Assembly (NCBI GenBank): GCA_036785375.1 | Contig: JAWMAR010000070.1 | Location: forward strand, 4,712,001-4,776,000 | From: Leucoraja ocellata | Taxonomy: Eukaryota | Direction of reading: 5' to 3' | DNA length: 64,000 nucleotides | Part shown: in pieces, positions 24,902-38,275 of the stretch | Layout: each line of letters begins with the position of its first letter | Position numbering within the stretch: the stretch's first letter is position 1 | Translations under genes and position numbers: made by a program | Notes under the pieces: generated by a model | What the model was told of the DNA's origin: nothing | What the model saw: the letters and a program-made list of their open reading frames with translations, nothing else | Database searches by the model: none

Positions 24902-27900
24902 CATGAAGTGCAGGAGTAACTCAGTGGGTCAGGCAGCATCTCTGGAGGAAATAATGTGTCGGAATGAACTGTAGATGCTGGTTTAAACAGAAGATAGACA
25001 CAAAATGTTGGAGGAACAACATCTAATCCTTTGCTGGGGTGGCTTACAGCCCAATGGTACGAATATTGATTTCTCTAACTTCAAGTAAACTCGGCATTCC
25101 CTCTCTCTCTCTATCCCTCCCCCACCCAAGTTGCTCCAGCCTTGTTTTCACCTAACAAACAGCTAACAATAGCCTGTTTCCTTTATCATGGTCAAGAAGG
25201 AACTGCAGCTGCTGGAGAATCATGGTTTATCATGGTTACTTTTTTGAATATCTTTCACTCATTGTTCTTTGTCTCTCTGCATCTTCGTGTATATCTCTCG
25301 TTTCCCTTTCCCCTGACTAGTGTGAAGGGTCTTGACCTGAAACGTCACCCATTCCCTTTCTCCAGAGATGCTGCCAGTCCCGCTGGGAGTTACTCTAGCT
25401 TTTTGTGTCGGTCTCTGGAGGACACAGATAGGTGACCCTTCAGGGCAAGACCCTTCTTCAGACACATTGCATTGGAGGAGAGAAAGCTGGAAAAGAGTTG
25501 TTGCGGGACAAAGCCTGGCAAATGAGAGTTGGAACATCTAAAAATACATCTGCAGCTCCTTATACCTCCAAGTGTGAGTTGGACACAGTTGTTGGGGGTT
25601 TCTAATTGGCAGATGGGCGGAAAAAGGTTGGGGGTGAAAACTGAAACAAAATGATGATAAAAAGGGAACAAAGGTAAATAAGATAACAAAGTGTTTATAA
25701 GGGGAAGAGGATAGAAACACATTTAATTTACTTATTGTCATGTGTACTGAGGTACAGTGAAAATCTTTTTTGTTGCGTGCTATCCAGTCAGCAGAAAGAC
25801 TAAACATGACTAAACAGCCATCTACAGATACGTGATAAAGGGAATAACATTCAGTGCAAGATAAATTCCTGTAAAGTCCAATTGAAGATAGTCCAAGGGA
25901 CTCCAATGATGTGGATGGGAGGTCAGGACCGCTCTCTAGTTGGTGGTAGGATGATTCAGTTGCCTGATAACAGCTGGGAAGAAACTGCCCCTGAACCTGG
26001 AGGTTCAGTATGCGTTTTATAAAGTGAAATGTTAAGCCATAAGGAGGAAGGGGGGAGGGAGGGGGGAGGGGGAGGGGGGAGAAGTCAAGTCACATTTATT
26101 TACATAGCACATTTAAAAAACAACTCTCGTTAACCAAAGTGCTTTACGTTTGTTATTAGAATAGTATAAACAAGCAAACTACATACATATATACATACAT
26201 ATAGCCCTCGCTCAGTGGACGTCAGGAAAGGCTTGGGAGTGCAGATAAGGTTTTAGTCTTGACTTAAAGGAGTCGATGGAGGGACAGTTCCGATGGGAAG
26301 GGGGATGCTGTTCCACTGTCTAGGAGCTGCAACTGCAAAGGCGCAGTCGCCCCTGAGAAGGAGGACGGAAGTGGAAGGGGACGGAAGGGACAGGAGGAAA
26401 GACTGGTTGGGACAGTGGAAGAATGAGTCTGTACCAGGGTCAGGAAAGGAAGGGTGGGGGTGGGGGGGGAGAAGAAAGAGAATGGGGTGGGATGTTACCT
26501 AAAATTAAAGAATTCAATGTCCATGTCGTTAAGTTGTAAGCTACCCAAACAGAATTTAAAGCATTGTTTTAATGGTCGAGTCTTGGTTTGCAATAATCTA
26601 AACACATCTGCACTTGAGAACTGTGTGCATGTTGTCAGGCAGAAATCTCCTCATATTTTTATTTCAATAACCTCATATTTTTTTATTTCGTTCTGGCATA
26701 GATCTCATTAAAGGGGTCTGCCAGAATTGCTGAAACCTCCTGTATCTCTTTGGAAGAATAGGAGTTCTGTTACTCTGTCTGTCTATTCAGTACAATATAA
26801 TGGTGACATGATTGCCACTAGCGTTGAGACAATTTGTGTGTGGTACAAAGCTGCATGCATTGTTCCTTGCTGACGGTCTTAAAATCTTAGAGAGTCACGT
26901 GAGCTGCACAAAGGTGATTTTCATGTGCTAATGGACCATTTGTCAGCAGTCTCTCAGAGTCAAGTCCACCCCCAGTCTGGTACTGTGCAAAGAAACAAAA
27001 CAGTTATACTTTCTCGAACAATTATCAACACACGAGATGAGTGAGCTGGCTAATATGAAATGATTCTTTTGTTAATAAAACAGGCCCTGAGAGTTCAGCA
27101 GCATCCTCTCTTTCTGCGCCCCCTCCGTGATTCCTCCTGCTCTCCGACACTACGACCACGTATATCTTTCGTTAATTTGTTCTATACATCTCTCGTTTCT
27201 CTTTCCCCCGACTGTCTGAAGAAGAGCCTCGACCCAAAACATTACCTATTCCGTTACTCCAGAGATGCCGTCTGAACCGCTGAGTTACTCCAGCTTTTTG
27301 TGTCTATCATCAGTTTAAACCAGCATCTGCAGTTCCTTCCTACACATATCATCTGCTTCACTGTCAAATCTCCTCAAGGAATGCCTACTTTGAAGAAGTT
27401 CTCCTCCTCCCTCCGTCGAGAGTTCTGCAACATCCTCTCTCGCTGCTCCCCCTCTGTGAGTCCTCGTGCTCACCAACTCTATGACCACGCATATCTTTCA
27501 TTCATTTGTTCTCTATCTCTCTATATCTCGTTTCCTTTTCCCAAGACCCTCAGTCTGAAGAAGGGTCTTGACCCGAAACACCACCTACAGTATTCCTTTT
27601 GTCCAGAGATGCTGCCTGACCCGCTGAGTTACTCCAGCTTTGTGTGTCCATCTCCTGTTTTACTACCTGCTAAGTAATCTTGTTTGATAGAAACATAGAA
27701 AAATACGTGCGGGAGTAGGCCATTCGGCCCTTCGAGCCAGCACCGCCATTCAATATGATCATGGCTGATCATCCAAAATCAGTACCCCCGTTCCTGCTTT
27801 TTCCCCATATCCCTCGATTCCTTTAGCCCCAAGAGTTAAATCTAACTCTCTTTTGAAACTATGCAGCGAATTGGCCTCCACTTCCTTCTGCGACAGAGAA

Positions 27901-30078
27901 TTCCACAGATTCACAACATAGAAACATAGAAACATAGAAATTAGGTGCAGGAGTAGGCCATTCGGCCCTTCGAGCCTGCACCGCCATTCAATATGATCAT
28001 GGCTGATCATCCAACTCAGTATCCCGTACCTGCCTTCTCTCCATACCCCCTGATTCCCTTAGCCACAAGGGCCACATCTAACTCCCTCTTAAATATAGCC
28101 AATGAACTGGCCTCAACTACCCTCTGTGGCAGAGAGTTCCAGAGATTCACCACTCTCTGTGTGAAACAACTCTCTGGGTAAAAAAAAAAAATCCTCATCT
28201 CAATCCTAAATGGTCTACCCCTTATTCGTAAACTGTGACCCCTGGTTCTGGTCTCCCCCAATGGCTTGTTAAATTATATATTGATGTTCTGTTAGGAGTT
28301 AGTTTTTTGTGCCTCTGTTTAGTTTGAGCAGCAAGGTATGTAGATTAGGCAGAAATTACTGTATATTACTACAAAATACCAAAATATCAATTATAAACCC
28401 AAGACACAGTTCAATTCTTTAGATTAAATTATTTCTGTATAAAATTCTCTTTGGTTTATATTTAGGATTATTATTGTCACGTACTGAGGTACAGTGAAAA
28501 GCTTTGGTTTGCATGCTATCCAACCAGATCACATAATACTACACATAAATACAATCGTCAAACATAAGTACCATAGGTAGAGCAAAGGAGAAGATACAGT
28601 GCAGAATATAGTTCTCAGCATTGTAGAGCATCAGTTTCAGAGGCAAAGTCCAATGTCTGCAATGGGGGAAGAGGCGAATCGAACAGTACCTTAGCTTAAG
28701 GAAGCTACCATTCAAAAGGCTAATAAAAGAGGAAAAGAAGCTGTTGCTGAGTCTGGTGATGCGCCCCTTCAGGCTTCTGTATCTTTTGCCTGACGGGAGC
28801 AGGGAAAAAAAAGAATGACCAGGGTGGGACAAGACTTTGATTATGTTGGTTGCTTTTCCGAGGCAGCGTGAAGTGTAGATGGAGTCAATGGTGGGGAGTC
28901 TGGGCTACATCTACAACTCTCTGCGATTTTCTGCCGTCTTAGGCAGGGCTGTTCCCAAACTAAGCTGGGACGCAAGCTAACAGTATGCTTTCTACGTTGC
29001 ATCATGTTAAGTAAATAGGAGAGTGTGTCTAAGCACAGCAAACGACAAGGGAAGTCATTGTTGAGTAACAGATCTCATCCTGCCCAATTAACACAAATGA
29101 TCCGAAACAACTTTCAACTAATCTGACAGCATGGTGGCGCAGCGGTAGAGTTGCTGCCTTACAGCAACAGAGACCCGGGTTACATCCTGACTACAGGTGC
29201 TGTAGTTTGTACGTTATCCCTGTGACCTGCGTGCGTTTTCTCCGGGTGCTCCGCCGGTTTCCTCCCACACTCCAAAGACGTATAAATTTGTAGGGTATTT
29301 GGCTTGGTATAATTGTAAATTGCCCCTAATGTGTAGGATAGTGTTAGTGTACGGGGATCGCTAGTCGGCGTGGACACAGTGGGCAGAAGGACGTGTTTCC
29401 GCGCTGTATCTCTAAAACTAAAACTGAAAAACTAATCAGCATCACACCTGGATGATAATTGTTGATCTGACTCTATCTTTAAAGCTCGGCCTTTGCATTT
29501 AATTGTTCACAGGTGCGAGTGAACGTGTGGATGGCTGTAAAGTGGAATTTAAAGGAATGCAGGAGATTGAAGGTGAAGGGACAGGTGAGTGGGCCAAGTT
29601 TATAAAAAGACCAGGAAATCTTAGTATTACACAGTGGCGCAGTGGTAGAGTTGCTGCCTCGCACCACAAGAGACCAAGGTCCGATCCCGACTACGGGTGC
29701 TGTCTGTAAGGAGTCAGTACATTCTCCCGGTGTCTGTGAGGGTTTTCTCTGGGTGCTCCGGTTTCCTCCAACATCCCAAAAATGTACAGGTTTGTAAGTT
29801 AATTGGCTTACGTAAATTGTAAATGGCCCCGAATGCGCTCGGTGGTGCTAGTTTACGGGTTGATCAATAGTCAGCGCGGACTCGGTGGGTCGAAGGGCCT
29901 GTTTCCACACCGTGTCACTCTATGACTCTTTATTAACACAGCATCTATTTAGGTTTTTCTTTTAACATTTGGGTATGCATGCTAAAAAAAAACCAGTGCA
30001 TTTTAGAAATTACATTTGACAAAAAATGTTTTAAATGTTTTCGATTGGCACGACTTAATATCTTTGTGTTTTTTTTAG

Positions 30079-30134
30079 ATAAGAAGGAAGGCGACTCAAC
30101 AATAGAGAACTCCGTCCCGAAGTCGAACTCTATG
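30079..30134 (+). CDS. Gene B exon 5, cytoplasmic (DKKEGDSTIENSVPKSNSM)
   Basis: T-rich TTTTTTAG acceptor, ATG|GTAAGG donor, 56 nt, phase 1-0; same length and phase as gene C exon 5. Confidence 0.8.
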
Positions 30135-30439
30135 GTAAGGCCTACAAACTTTTGGCAACATTGGAAGTTTCAGTGCCTGCAAAATTATTTAAGGGGCGCG
30201 CTGCAATTGTGATACACATCTTCTTTATTTGCAACTACGATATCTCGGTCAACAAATTTTATTTACTATTGCAATCAAAGTTGTAAACCTTCTCAGAATA
30301 GAGAAACCAAAATTTAAAATGTGAGCCAAAGATCGACACAAAATGCTGGAGTATCTCAGCGGGATAGGCAGCATCTCTGGAGAGAAGGAATGGGTGACCC
30401 TTCTTCAGTCCCGTCTCCACCCAAAACGTCACCCATTCC

Positions 30440-31425
30440 ATATAACCATATAACAATTTCAGCACGGAAACAGGCCATCTCGGCCCTACAAGTCCCTGCC
30501 GAACAACTTTTTTCCCTTAGTCCCACCTGCCTGCACTCATACCATAACCCTCCATTCCCTTCTCATCCATATGCCTATCCAATTTATTTTTAAATGATAC
30601 CAACGAACCTGCCTCCACCACTTCCACTGGAAGCTCATTCCACACCGCTACCACTCTCTGAGTAAAGAAGTTCCCCCTCATGTTACCCCTAAACTTCTGT
30701 CCCTTCATTCTGAAGTAATGTCCTCTTGTTTGAATCTTCCCTATTCTCAAAGGGAAAAGCTTGTCCACATCAACTCTGTCTATCCCTCTCATCATTTTAA
30801 AGACCTCCATCAAGTCCCCCCTTAACCTTCTGCGCTCCAAAGAATAAAGACCTAACTTATTCAACCTTTCTCTGTAACTTAGTTGTTGAAACCCAGGCAA
30901 CATTCTAGTAAATCCCCTCTGTACTCGCTCTATTTTGTTGACATCCTTCCTATAATTGGGCGACCAAAATTGTACACCAATTGGCCTTGTACAATTTTTA
31001 ACATTACATCCCAGCTTCTATACTCAATGCTCTGATTTATAAAGGCTAGCGTACCAAAAGCTTTCTTTACCACCCTATCTATATGAGATTCCACCTTCAA
31101 GGAACTACGCACGGTTATTCCCAGATCCCTCTGTTCAACTGTATTCTTCAATTCCCTACCATTTACCATGTACATCCTATTTTGATTTGTCCTGCCATTT
31201 ATCCTCACATTTATCAGCATTAAACTCCATCTGCCATCTTTCAGCCCATTCTTCCAAATGGCCTAAATCACTCTGTAGACTTTGGAAATCCTCTTCATTA
31301 TCCACAACACCCCCTATCTTGATATCATCTGCATACTTACTAATCCAATTTACCACACCTTCATCCAGATCATTGATGTACATGACAAACAACAAAGGAC
31401 CCAACACAGATCCCCGAGGCACCCC
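30440..31425 (-). mobile_element. CR1-clade LINE 3' fragment (RT C-terminus)
   Basis: SGVPRGSVLGPLLF..YINDL...SKYADDIK and YRERLNKLGLYSLERRRLRGDL...FFTQRVV..WN.LP. Confidence 0.92.
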
Positions 31426-32415
31426 AGAAGGCATTCCTTCTGTCCAGAGATGCTGCCTGTCCCGCTGAGTTACCCCAGCATTTTGTGTCGATCTTTGGTT
31501 TCAACCAGCATCTGCAGTTCCTTCCGACACATTTAAAATGTGAGCTACATCTCACCTTAAACATGCCATAGGTAATGCTGGAGAAACTCAGCGGGTGAGG
31601 CAGCATCCTCCGATGATGCTGCCTCACCCGCTGAGTTCCTCCAGCATTTTTGTCTACCTTCAATTTTTCCAGCATCTGCAGTTCTTTCTTAAACATGCCA
31701 TAGATCAACCCTGGGGAGGATAGATTTAAAAAGTCCCTGGTAAATCTGTCCCTGCTTACCTCAAATTTTTAACCTCTAATTTTAAATTCCCCTACCCTGG
31801 GATAAAGCTTGTGAATCTAGGTCCCTGACCATTTTATACACCCCCTCAAACTCCTCTGCTCCAGAGAAATAAGTCTCAGCTTATCCATCATCTCTGGGTG
31901 ACCACAACAGTTTATGCATTCCAATATAATATCTTTACTTTTTTTTACTGTATTTCTTTGAATTGACTAAATGTGTTGATGTACTATAATTATTAAATGT
32001 TCCATTCCTGCCACTCACACTCATGATTGATGGATGCAGCATGGAAACAGGCCCTTCAGTCCACCGAGTCCATGCCAGCCATCTATCATCTGTTCACGCT
32101 AACTTAGTTTAGTTTATTATTGTCACATGTACCGAGGTACAGTGAAAAGCATTTTTGTTATCCAGTCAGCAAAAAGACTATACATGATGACATCTAGTCT
32201 GAAGAAGGGTTCCAACATGAAACTTCACCTATTTCTATTCTCCAAAGATGCTGCCTGACCCGCTCTGTAACTCCAGCAGTTTGTGTCTATCTTTGGTATA
32301 GGCCAGCATCAGCTGTTCCTTCCTACACATACATGGTTACAATCAAGTTCTATATAAGACGACTTGTGATCCACTCCCGACACACTAAGGGAAATTTGCA
32401 GAGGCCAATTAGCCT

Positions 32416-32518
32416 GCATAGGGAGATCTTGAAAGAACTGCCAACAACCGAGTGAGGTGGAGGACATTTGTCAATGGCCTATGCTCTCAAGAGGAGCAAA
32501 AAGTTTAAGAAGAAGAAG
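32416..32518 (+). mobile_element. RTE-like LINE 3' tip inserted in a SINE, 9-bp TSD
   Basis: DLERTANNRVRWRTFVNGLCS-like coding end, (AAG)n tail, AATTAGCCT on both sides. Confidence 0.7.
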
Positions 32519-35387
32519 AATTAGCCTACAAACCCGCATGTCGTTGGGATGTGGGAGGAAACCAGAGAACTTGGAGGAAACCCACGCGGTCACAGGGAGA
32601 ATGTGCAAATCCCTTGTGCTCTGGCGCTGCGCCACTCACTCTTCTGATCCATATTTTGTTATAAGATAGATGAACACCATTTCGGACCATCAAGTCTACG
32701 CTAACTCTCAGGGCTATCATATTTAGTCAATGCACAAACATCTGCTTTACTCTGGCTGCTGAACTTTTCCTATTAATCAAAAGCTTTGCCCTCAGATGAA
32801 TCCCAATCCCGTTCACCTTTATCAGTTCAATGTCCTGATTGTACGTTCAGCCAAGCCTCTCCAGTTCAACAACTCCTCACATGGAAACATGATAACAACC
32901 AGATAATCTCTTTTCACTTTTCTCTGAGCAGTGTGGGTTAAGGACAAACTATTGGCAACAACGTCAATTGCAGCTCTCCTGCTCTTTTACTAGGTAAACC
33001 CTGGGGATTTTTATGTAGATACCAAAAACTGCACATGCTGGATAATACACAAAAAGACACAAAGAGTTTAGTTTAGTTTAGAGATACAGTGCGGAAACAG
33101 GCCCTTCGGTCCACGCCGACCACCAATCCCCATACACTCGCTCTATCCTACACACTAAGGACGATTTACAATTTTCACCGAAGCTAATTAACCTGCAAAC
33201 CTGCACGTCTTTGGAGTGTGGCAGGAAACTAGAGCACCCAGGGAAAACCCACGCAGTCGTGGGGAGAATGTACAAACTCTAGACAGACAGCACCTGGTGC
33301 TGTAAGCAGCAACTCTACTGCAGCGCCACCGTGCCGCCCCACTTATAGGTGACGTTTCAGATCAAGACCCTTCTTCAGATATGTTAGCTTCAAAGTCTGA
33401 AGAAGGGTCTAAATCTGTAATGTAATCTATCCATGTTCTCCAGTGATGCTGCCTGACCCGCTGAGTTACTCCAGCCCTTTGTGGCCTTTCATGGGATTCT
33501 TCTGTCAATTTGAGAGTGTGTAATGATCCTTGGATTAAGATTCATCCCATTTTCCTCTGCCTACGGTTTCCTCTACTTGACAATTCAACCATCCACCCAC
33601 AAGAGTGGTCCTAACCTCCCATCCACCTCATTGGAGACCTTTGATCTATCTTCAATTGGACTTTACTGGACTTTATCTTGCACTAAAATTTATTCTGTAT
33701 CTGTACAATAGACAATAGACAATAGGTGCAGGAGTAGGCCATTCGGCCCTTCGAACCAGCACTGCCATTCAATGTGATCATGGCAGATCATTCTCAAACA
33801 CTGTGGACGACTTGATTGTAATCATGCAGAGAAGCCACAAACCCATACGTCCCAAAGTCATATTGGTTTGTATGTTAATTGGCTTCTGTAAAATTGTCCC
33901 CAGCGTGTGAGATAGAACACTTGTTAGCCAGCAGGAACTTGGCGGGCAGAAGGACTTCCATGTTGTAAATCCAAACTAAATTAAACTATATCAATATCAA
34001 ACTTGGTTACTTGAATTTAGTTTAGAGATACCGCATGAAAACAGACCCTTTGGCTCACCAATGCCAACCACCAAGCACCCATTCATACTCTTTCTATGTT
34101 ATCCCACTTTCTCATTCACTCCCTGCACATTAGGAGCAATGTTTTTAACGGAGCCCAGGAAACCTACAAAGTTGCACATCTTTGTTAATCAACAACTTTC
34201 TTTCTTGTACAAATGTTATTGGCTCCAGCACCACTGTTTGTTTTACTGGGAAATATATTATTGCTAGAGCCAGCAGTTTAGTTTGTTGGACAAAAGTACA
34301 TCTTCAATTAATCAGGTTTCACTTTTTCCAGGCATATTTTTTTTTAAAATAGGTGCAGGGGTAGGCCATTCAGCCCTTCGAGCCATTCAATATGTTCGGA
34401 GAAGGCAGGAATGGAGTACTGATTGGGGATGATCAGCCATGATCACATTGAATGGCGATGCTGGCTCGAAGGGCCGAATGGCCTACTCCTGCACCTATTG
34501 TCTATCTAGAATCAGTACACTGTTCCTGCTTTCTCCCCATAGCCCTTGATTCCGTTAGCCCAAAGAGCTAAATCTAACTTTCTCTTGAAAACATCCAGTG
34601 AATTGGCCTCCACTGCCTTCTGTGGCAGAGAATTCCACAGATTCACAACTCTCTGGCTGAAAATGTTTTTCATCATCTCAGTCCTAAATGGCCTTTATCC
34701 TTAAACTGTGATCCCTGGTTCTGGACTCCCCCAACATCGGGGAACATTTTTCCTGCCTGTCCAATCCCTTAAGAATTTTTTATGTTTCTATAGATCCCCT
34801 CTCGTCCATATCTAAGTGTCTAAATCTCTACTCTATCTACAGTAAGTGTGTTCAATTCAAAACTAGTCCCAAGCTGCACAAATCCACTGTCTAAATTCTG
34901 GGGAGCAGGGAACCTCTGGGAATTAGTTTAGTTTTGTTTTAGTTTAGTTTATTATTGTCATGTGGCCTGGGGTACAGTGAAAAGCGTTTTTGTTGCGTGC
35001 TATCGAGTCAGCAGCAAGACGAGACATGATTACAATGTACAGATACAGAATAAAGGGTATAACGTTTAGTTCAAGTCCAGAAAAGTCCAATTAAGGATAG
35101 ATCAAAAGTCTTCAATGAGGTAGACGGGAGGTCAGGACCGCTCTCGTTGGTGAGAGGTTGGTTTAGCTGTTGAATAGAGAAAAACAGGGAGAATATACAA
35201 ACTTCGTACATGGATATGTGACAGTTCGAGTCGGGACCCTTCTTCAGACCCTTCGCCAGAGTCCAAGAAGGGTCCCGACCAGAAACGTCACCCGTCCAAG
35301 TTCTCCAGAAATGCTGCCTGACCCACTGAGTTACTCCAGCACTCTGGGCGGGTTTTTTTTGTAAGCCAGCAACTGCAGAACTTCCAC

Positions 35388-35810
35388 TCGATTCGCAATA
35401 ACCAACCTGATCTCCCGGTGGCTCAGCACTTCAACTCCGCCTCCCAATCAGAATCCAACCTTTCTGTCTTGGGCCTACTCCATGGCCAGAGTGAGGCCTA
35501 CCGAAAAATTGGAGGAGCAGCACCTCATATTTCGCTTGGGCAGTTTGCACCCCAGCGGTATGAACATTGACTTCTCTAATTTCAGGTAGTCCCTCCTTTC
35601 TCCTCCCCTTCTCAGCTCTCCCTCAGCCCACTGTCTCCGCCTATTCCTTTCTTCTTCCCGCCCCCCCCTCCCCCCATCAGTCTGAAGAAGGGTCTCAACC
35701 CGAAACATAGCCTATTCCTTCGCTCCATAGATGCTACCTCACCCGCTGAGTTTCTCCAGCATTTTTGTCTACTTTCGATTTTCCAGCATCTGCAGTTCCT
35801 TCTTAAACCT
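35388..35810 (+). mobile_element. Penelope-like element 3' end (GIY-YIG endonuclease C-terminus, then terminal repeat with hammerhead-like core)
   Basis: Frameshifted PDLPVAQHFNS...LSVLGLLH...KLEEQHLIFRLGSLHPSGMNIDFSNFR*, followed by CTGAAGAAGGGTCTCAACCCGAAAC. Confidence 0.8.
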
Positions 35811-35869
35811 CTGCAGTTCCCTTGTTTCTAACACATCGGTTTTGTTTCTTTCCTTCTCAATGTCCGCAG

Positions 35870-36061
35870 TTGGCCAAAGAGATGGAAGCCGGAGTTACCT
35901 ACGCCACCGTAGCAATCCAGCAGAGCAACAACCACCAGGAAGACTCCACCATGTACGATAACGTCAACCCCCCCAAGGTTCAAGAAGAGAAAAAGCCGCC
36001 GGTTACCGAGCCTCCAAACGCAGAACCGTTAGAGTATTCGACAATTGCATTCAAAAAGTAA
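35870..36061 (+). CDS. Gene B exon 6, ITIM/ITSM-bearing tail and stop
   Basis: CCGCAG acceptor; translation LAKEMEAGVTYATVAIQQSNNHQEDSTMYDNVNPPKVQEEKKPPVTEPPNAEPLEYSTIAFKK*, containing VTYATV, TMYDNV and LEYSTI. Confidence 0.88.
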   Translation: MAKEMEAGVTYATVAIQQSNNHQEDSTMYDNVNPPKVQEEKKPPVTEPPNAEPLEYSTIAFKK

Positions 36062-38132
36062 AATTCTTCCCCTGATGTTCCAGCCATTCTTTGCAGAACA
36101 ACATCCCTCCAAGTCACAACTTATTCCATTTGGATACACGTGTCATTTTGCACCTTGTGTTCATCCACGGGTCATAATCCCACGTTAAAAACTGCTGGAA
36201 GAACTCAGCAAGCCAGCAACATCTGTGAACGCAAAGAGATGGCCGATGTCTCTGAGCCAAAACATCGACCATGACTTTGTTTCTGCATATGTTGCTTGGC
36301 TCATTTATTTCTTCCAGGGGTTTTTTTTTTTGCTAAGGGGAAGTCAAATAGATCTCAGTTCTTTTCTTCACACAAAATGAAATGGAAATATGGGATTTCC
36401 TCTCTCAAATATTTGCTGAGGTGCGCATGGTGGTAGGGGAGGGAGGACAATTGAAAAGTTTGCTAGGCTGGGGAATCTGATCTTCACCACCCAAGATACT
36501 TCTAGATACAAATCAGCCACGATCCAATTGAACTGTAGAAGAGGCTCAAGGGGCCGAATAGCTGTCTCTTCTAACCTAACCTGCCCATTTAACCTAAGAT
36601 GTGACATTTTAGTCAACTTCACTAATATCCTACTCAACTACACAGTCATTCCCCAGCAAAAGAAAAAGCTTTAGACTTTAGAAATACAGCGCGGAAACTG
36701 GCCCTTCGGCCCACCGAGTCCGTGCCGACCCGTACAAAAAACACTATCTCAGAAGCCGATTAACCTACAAACCTGTGCGTCTTTGGAGTGTGGGAAGAAA
36801 CCGGAGCACCAGGAGGAAACCCACATGGTCACAGGGAGAATGTACAGAATCCGTACAGACAGCACCTGTAGTCAGGATTGAACCCGGGTCTCTGGCGCTG
36901 CGAGGCAGCAACCCGAACACTGCGCCACTGTGCCACATCCCTTTTCTCAGATTCAGGGATAAACAGAAAGGTGGAAGGTGCTGCTTCAGATATAACGGGG
37001 AGCAACAGGAAGTTGAAACACAATGTTATTTGATGGATCCTTGCATTTCTGGGTTGTCTGCTGTAAGATGGCTGTGCCATTCTGCTACATACTGCACCAG
37101 AACAACATGAGGGAACATGTACAACTAGCATTTCTTCCTGATTATTCACTATTTAATCATTTGTTTATTTTGCATACAGTTGATGTAGGCTTTAGTTATT
37201 CATAATGCATGGACTGCCTATTTGCACTTAACTTGACTGATGTGCTGTGGCTTTAGTTTAGTTTAGTTTAGATATACAGCGTAGCTACAGGCCATTCAGC
37301 CCACTAAGTCCACGCCGACCATCGATCACCCGCTTCCACTAGTTTCATGCTATCCCCACATCCTACACACTAGGGACAATTTGCAGAAGCCAGTTAACCT
37401 ATAAACCCGCACATCTTTGGAATGCGAGAGGAACCGGAGGACCTGGAGGAAACCCATGTGGTCACAGGAGAAATGTACAAACTCCATATGGACATCACCC
37501 GTGGTGAGGATCGAACCCGGGTCTCTGGTGCTGTGAGGCAGCACTCTACCACTGCGTCACCGTGCTATCCTTGTGGTCTGGTGTTCTGCTCTCCAGGTTT
37601 AGTTCTGCATTAAAGGTATGGATGCAGCTGCACATGATTCATTGTGATGGAACAATGATAGACTCTGTTGACCAACTAAAGGGAAATGATCTTAGCTTCA
37701 TTTCCAACCACAACTGTGGGCTGAGCCGCTGGGAGACACAGAATTAACAGCACTGTGGCGTAGAGGTTGAGTTGCTGCCATACAGCGCCAGAGACACGGG
37801 TTCGATCCCGATTATGGGTGCTGTCTGTACGGACTTTGTACGTTCTCTCCGTGACCCACTTGGGTTTTCCCCAAGAGCACTGGTTTCCTCCCTCACTCCA
37901 ATTATGCACAGGTTTGTAGGTTAATTGGCTTTGGTAAAAATTGTAAATTGTCTCTTGTGTGTGTAGAATAGTGTTAATGTGCGGGGATCTATGGTTGGCG
38001 CAGACTCATTGCGCCGAAGGTCGTGGTTCTGCACTGTATCTCTAAACTACATTAAACTAAACAAGAAGAGAGCTGAAATTAAGATGGATAATAGGTGCCG
38101 TTAAGGAGAAGAGAGATAGGGCATAGGACTTT

Positions 38133-38275
38133 TTCTTCTTCTTCTTGCGTATGGCGTGCACAGCCTAAAGGTGTAGGACAACTTTTTCTATTTGATCTTA
38201 TTTGACTGTGCACACCAGGTTGATTGCATTTGTCGAAACAGGGTGGACCACATGAAGGTTGCAATCTCCCACCCC
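38133..38275. repeat. Short dispersed repeat, also at 1-122
   Basis: TGGCGTGCACAGCCTAAAG...GTCGAAACAGGGTGGACCAC..GAAGGTTGCAATC appears in both places; (TTC)n end. Confidence 0.8.
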
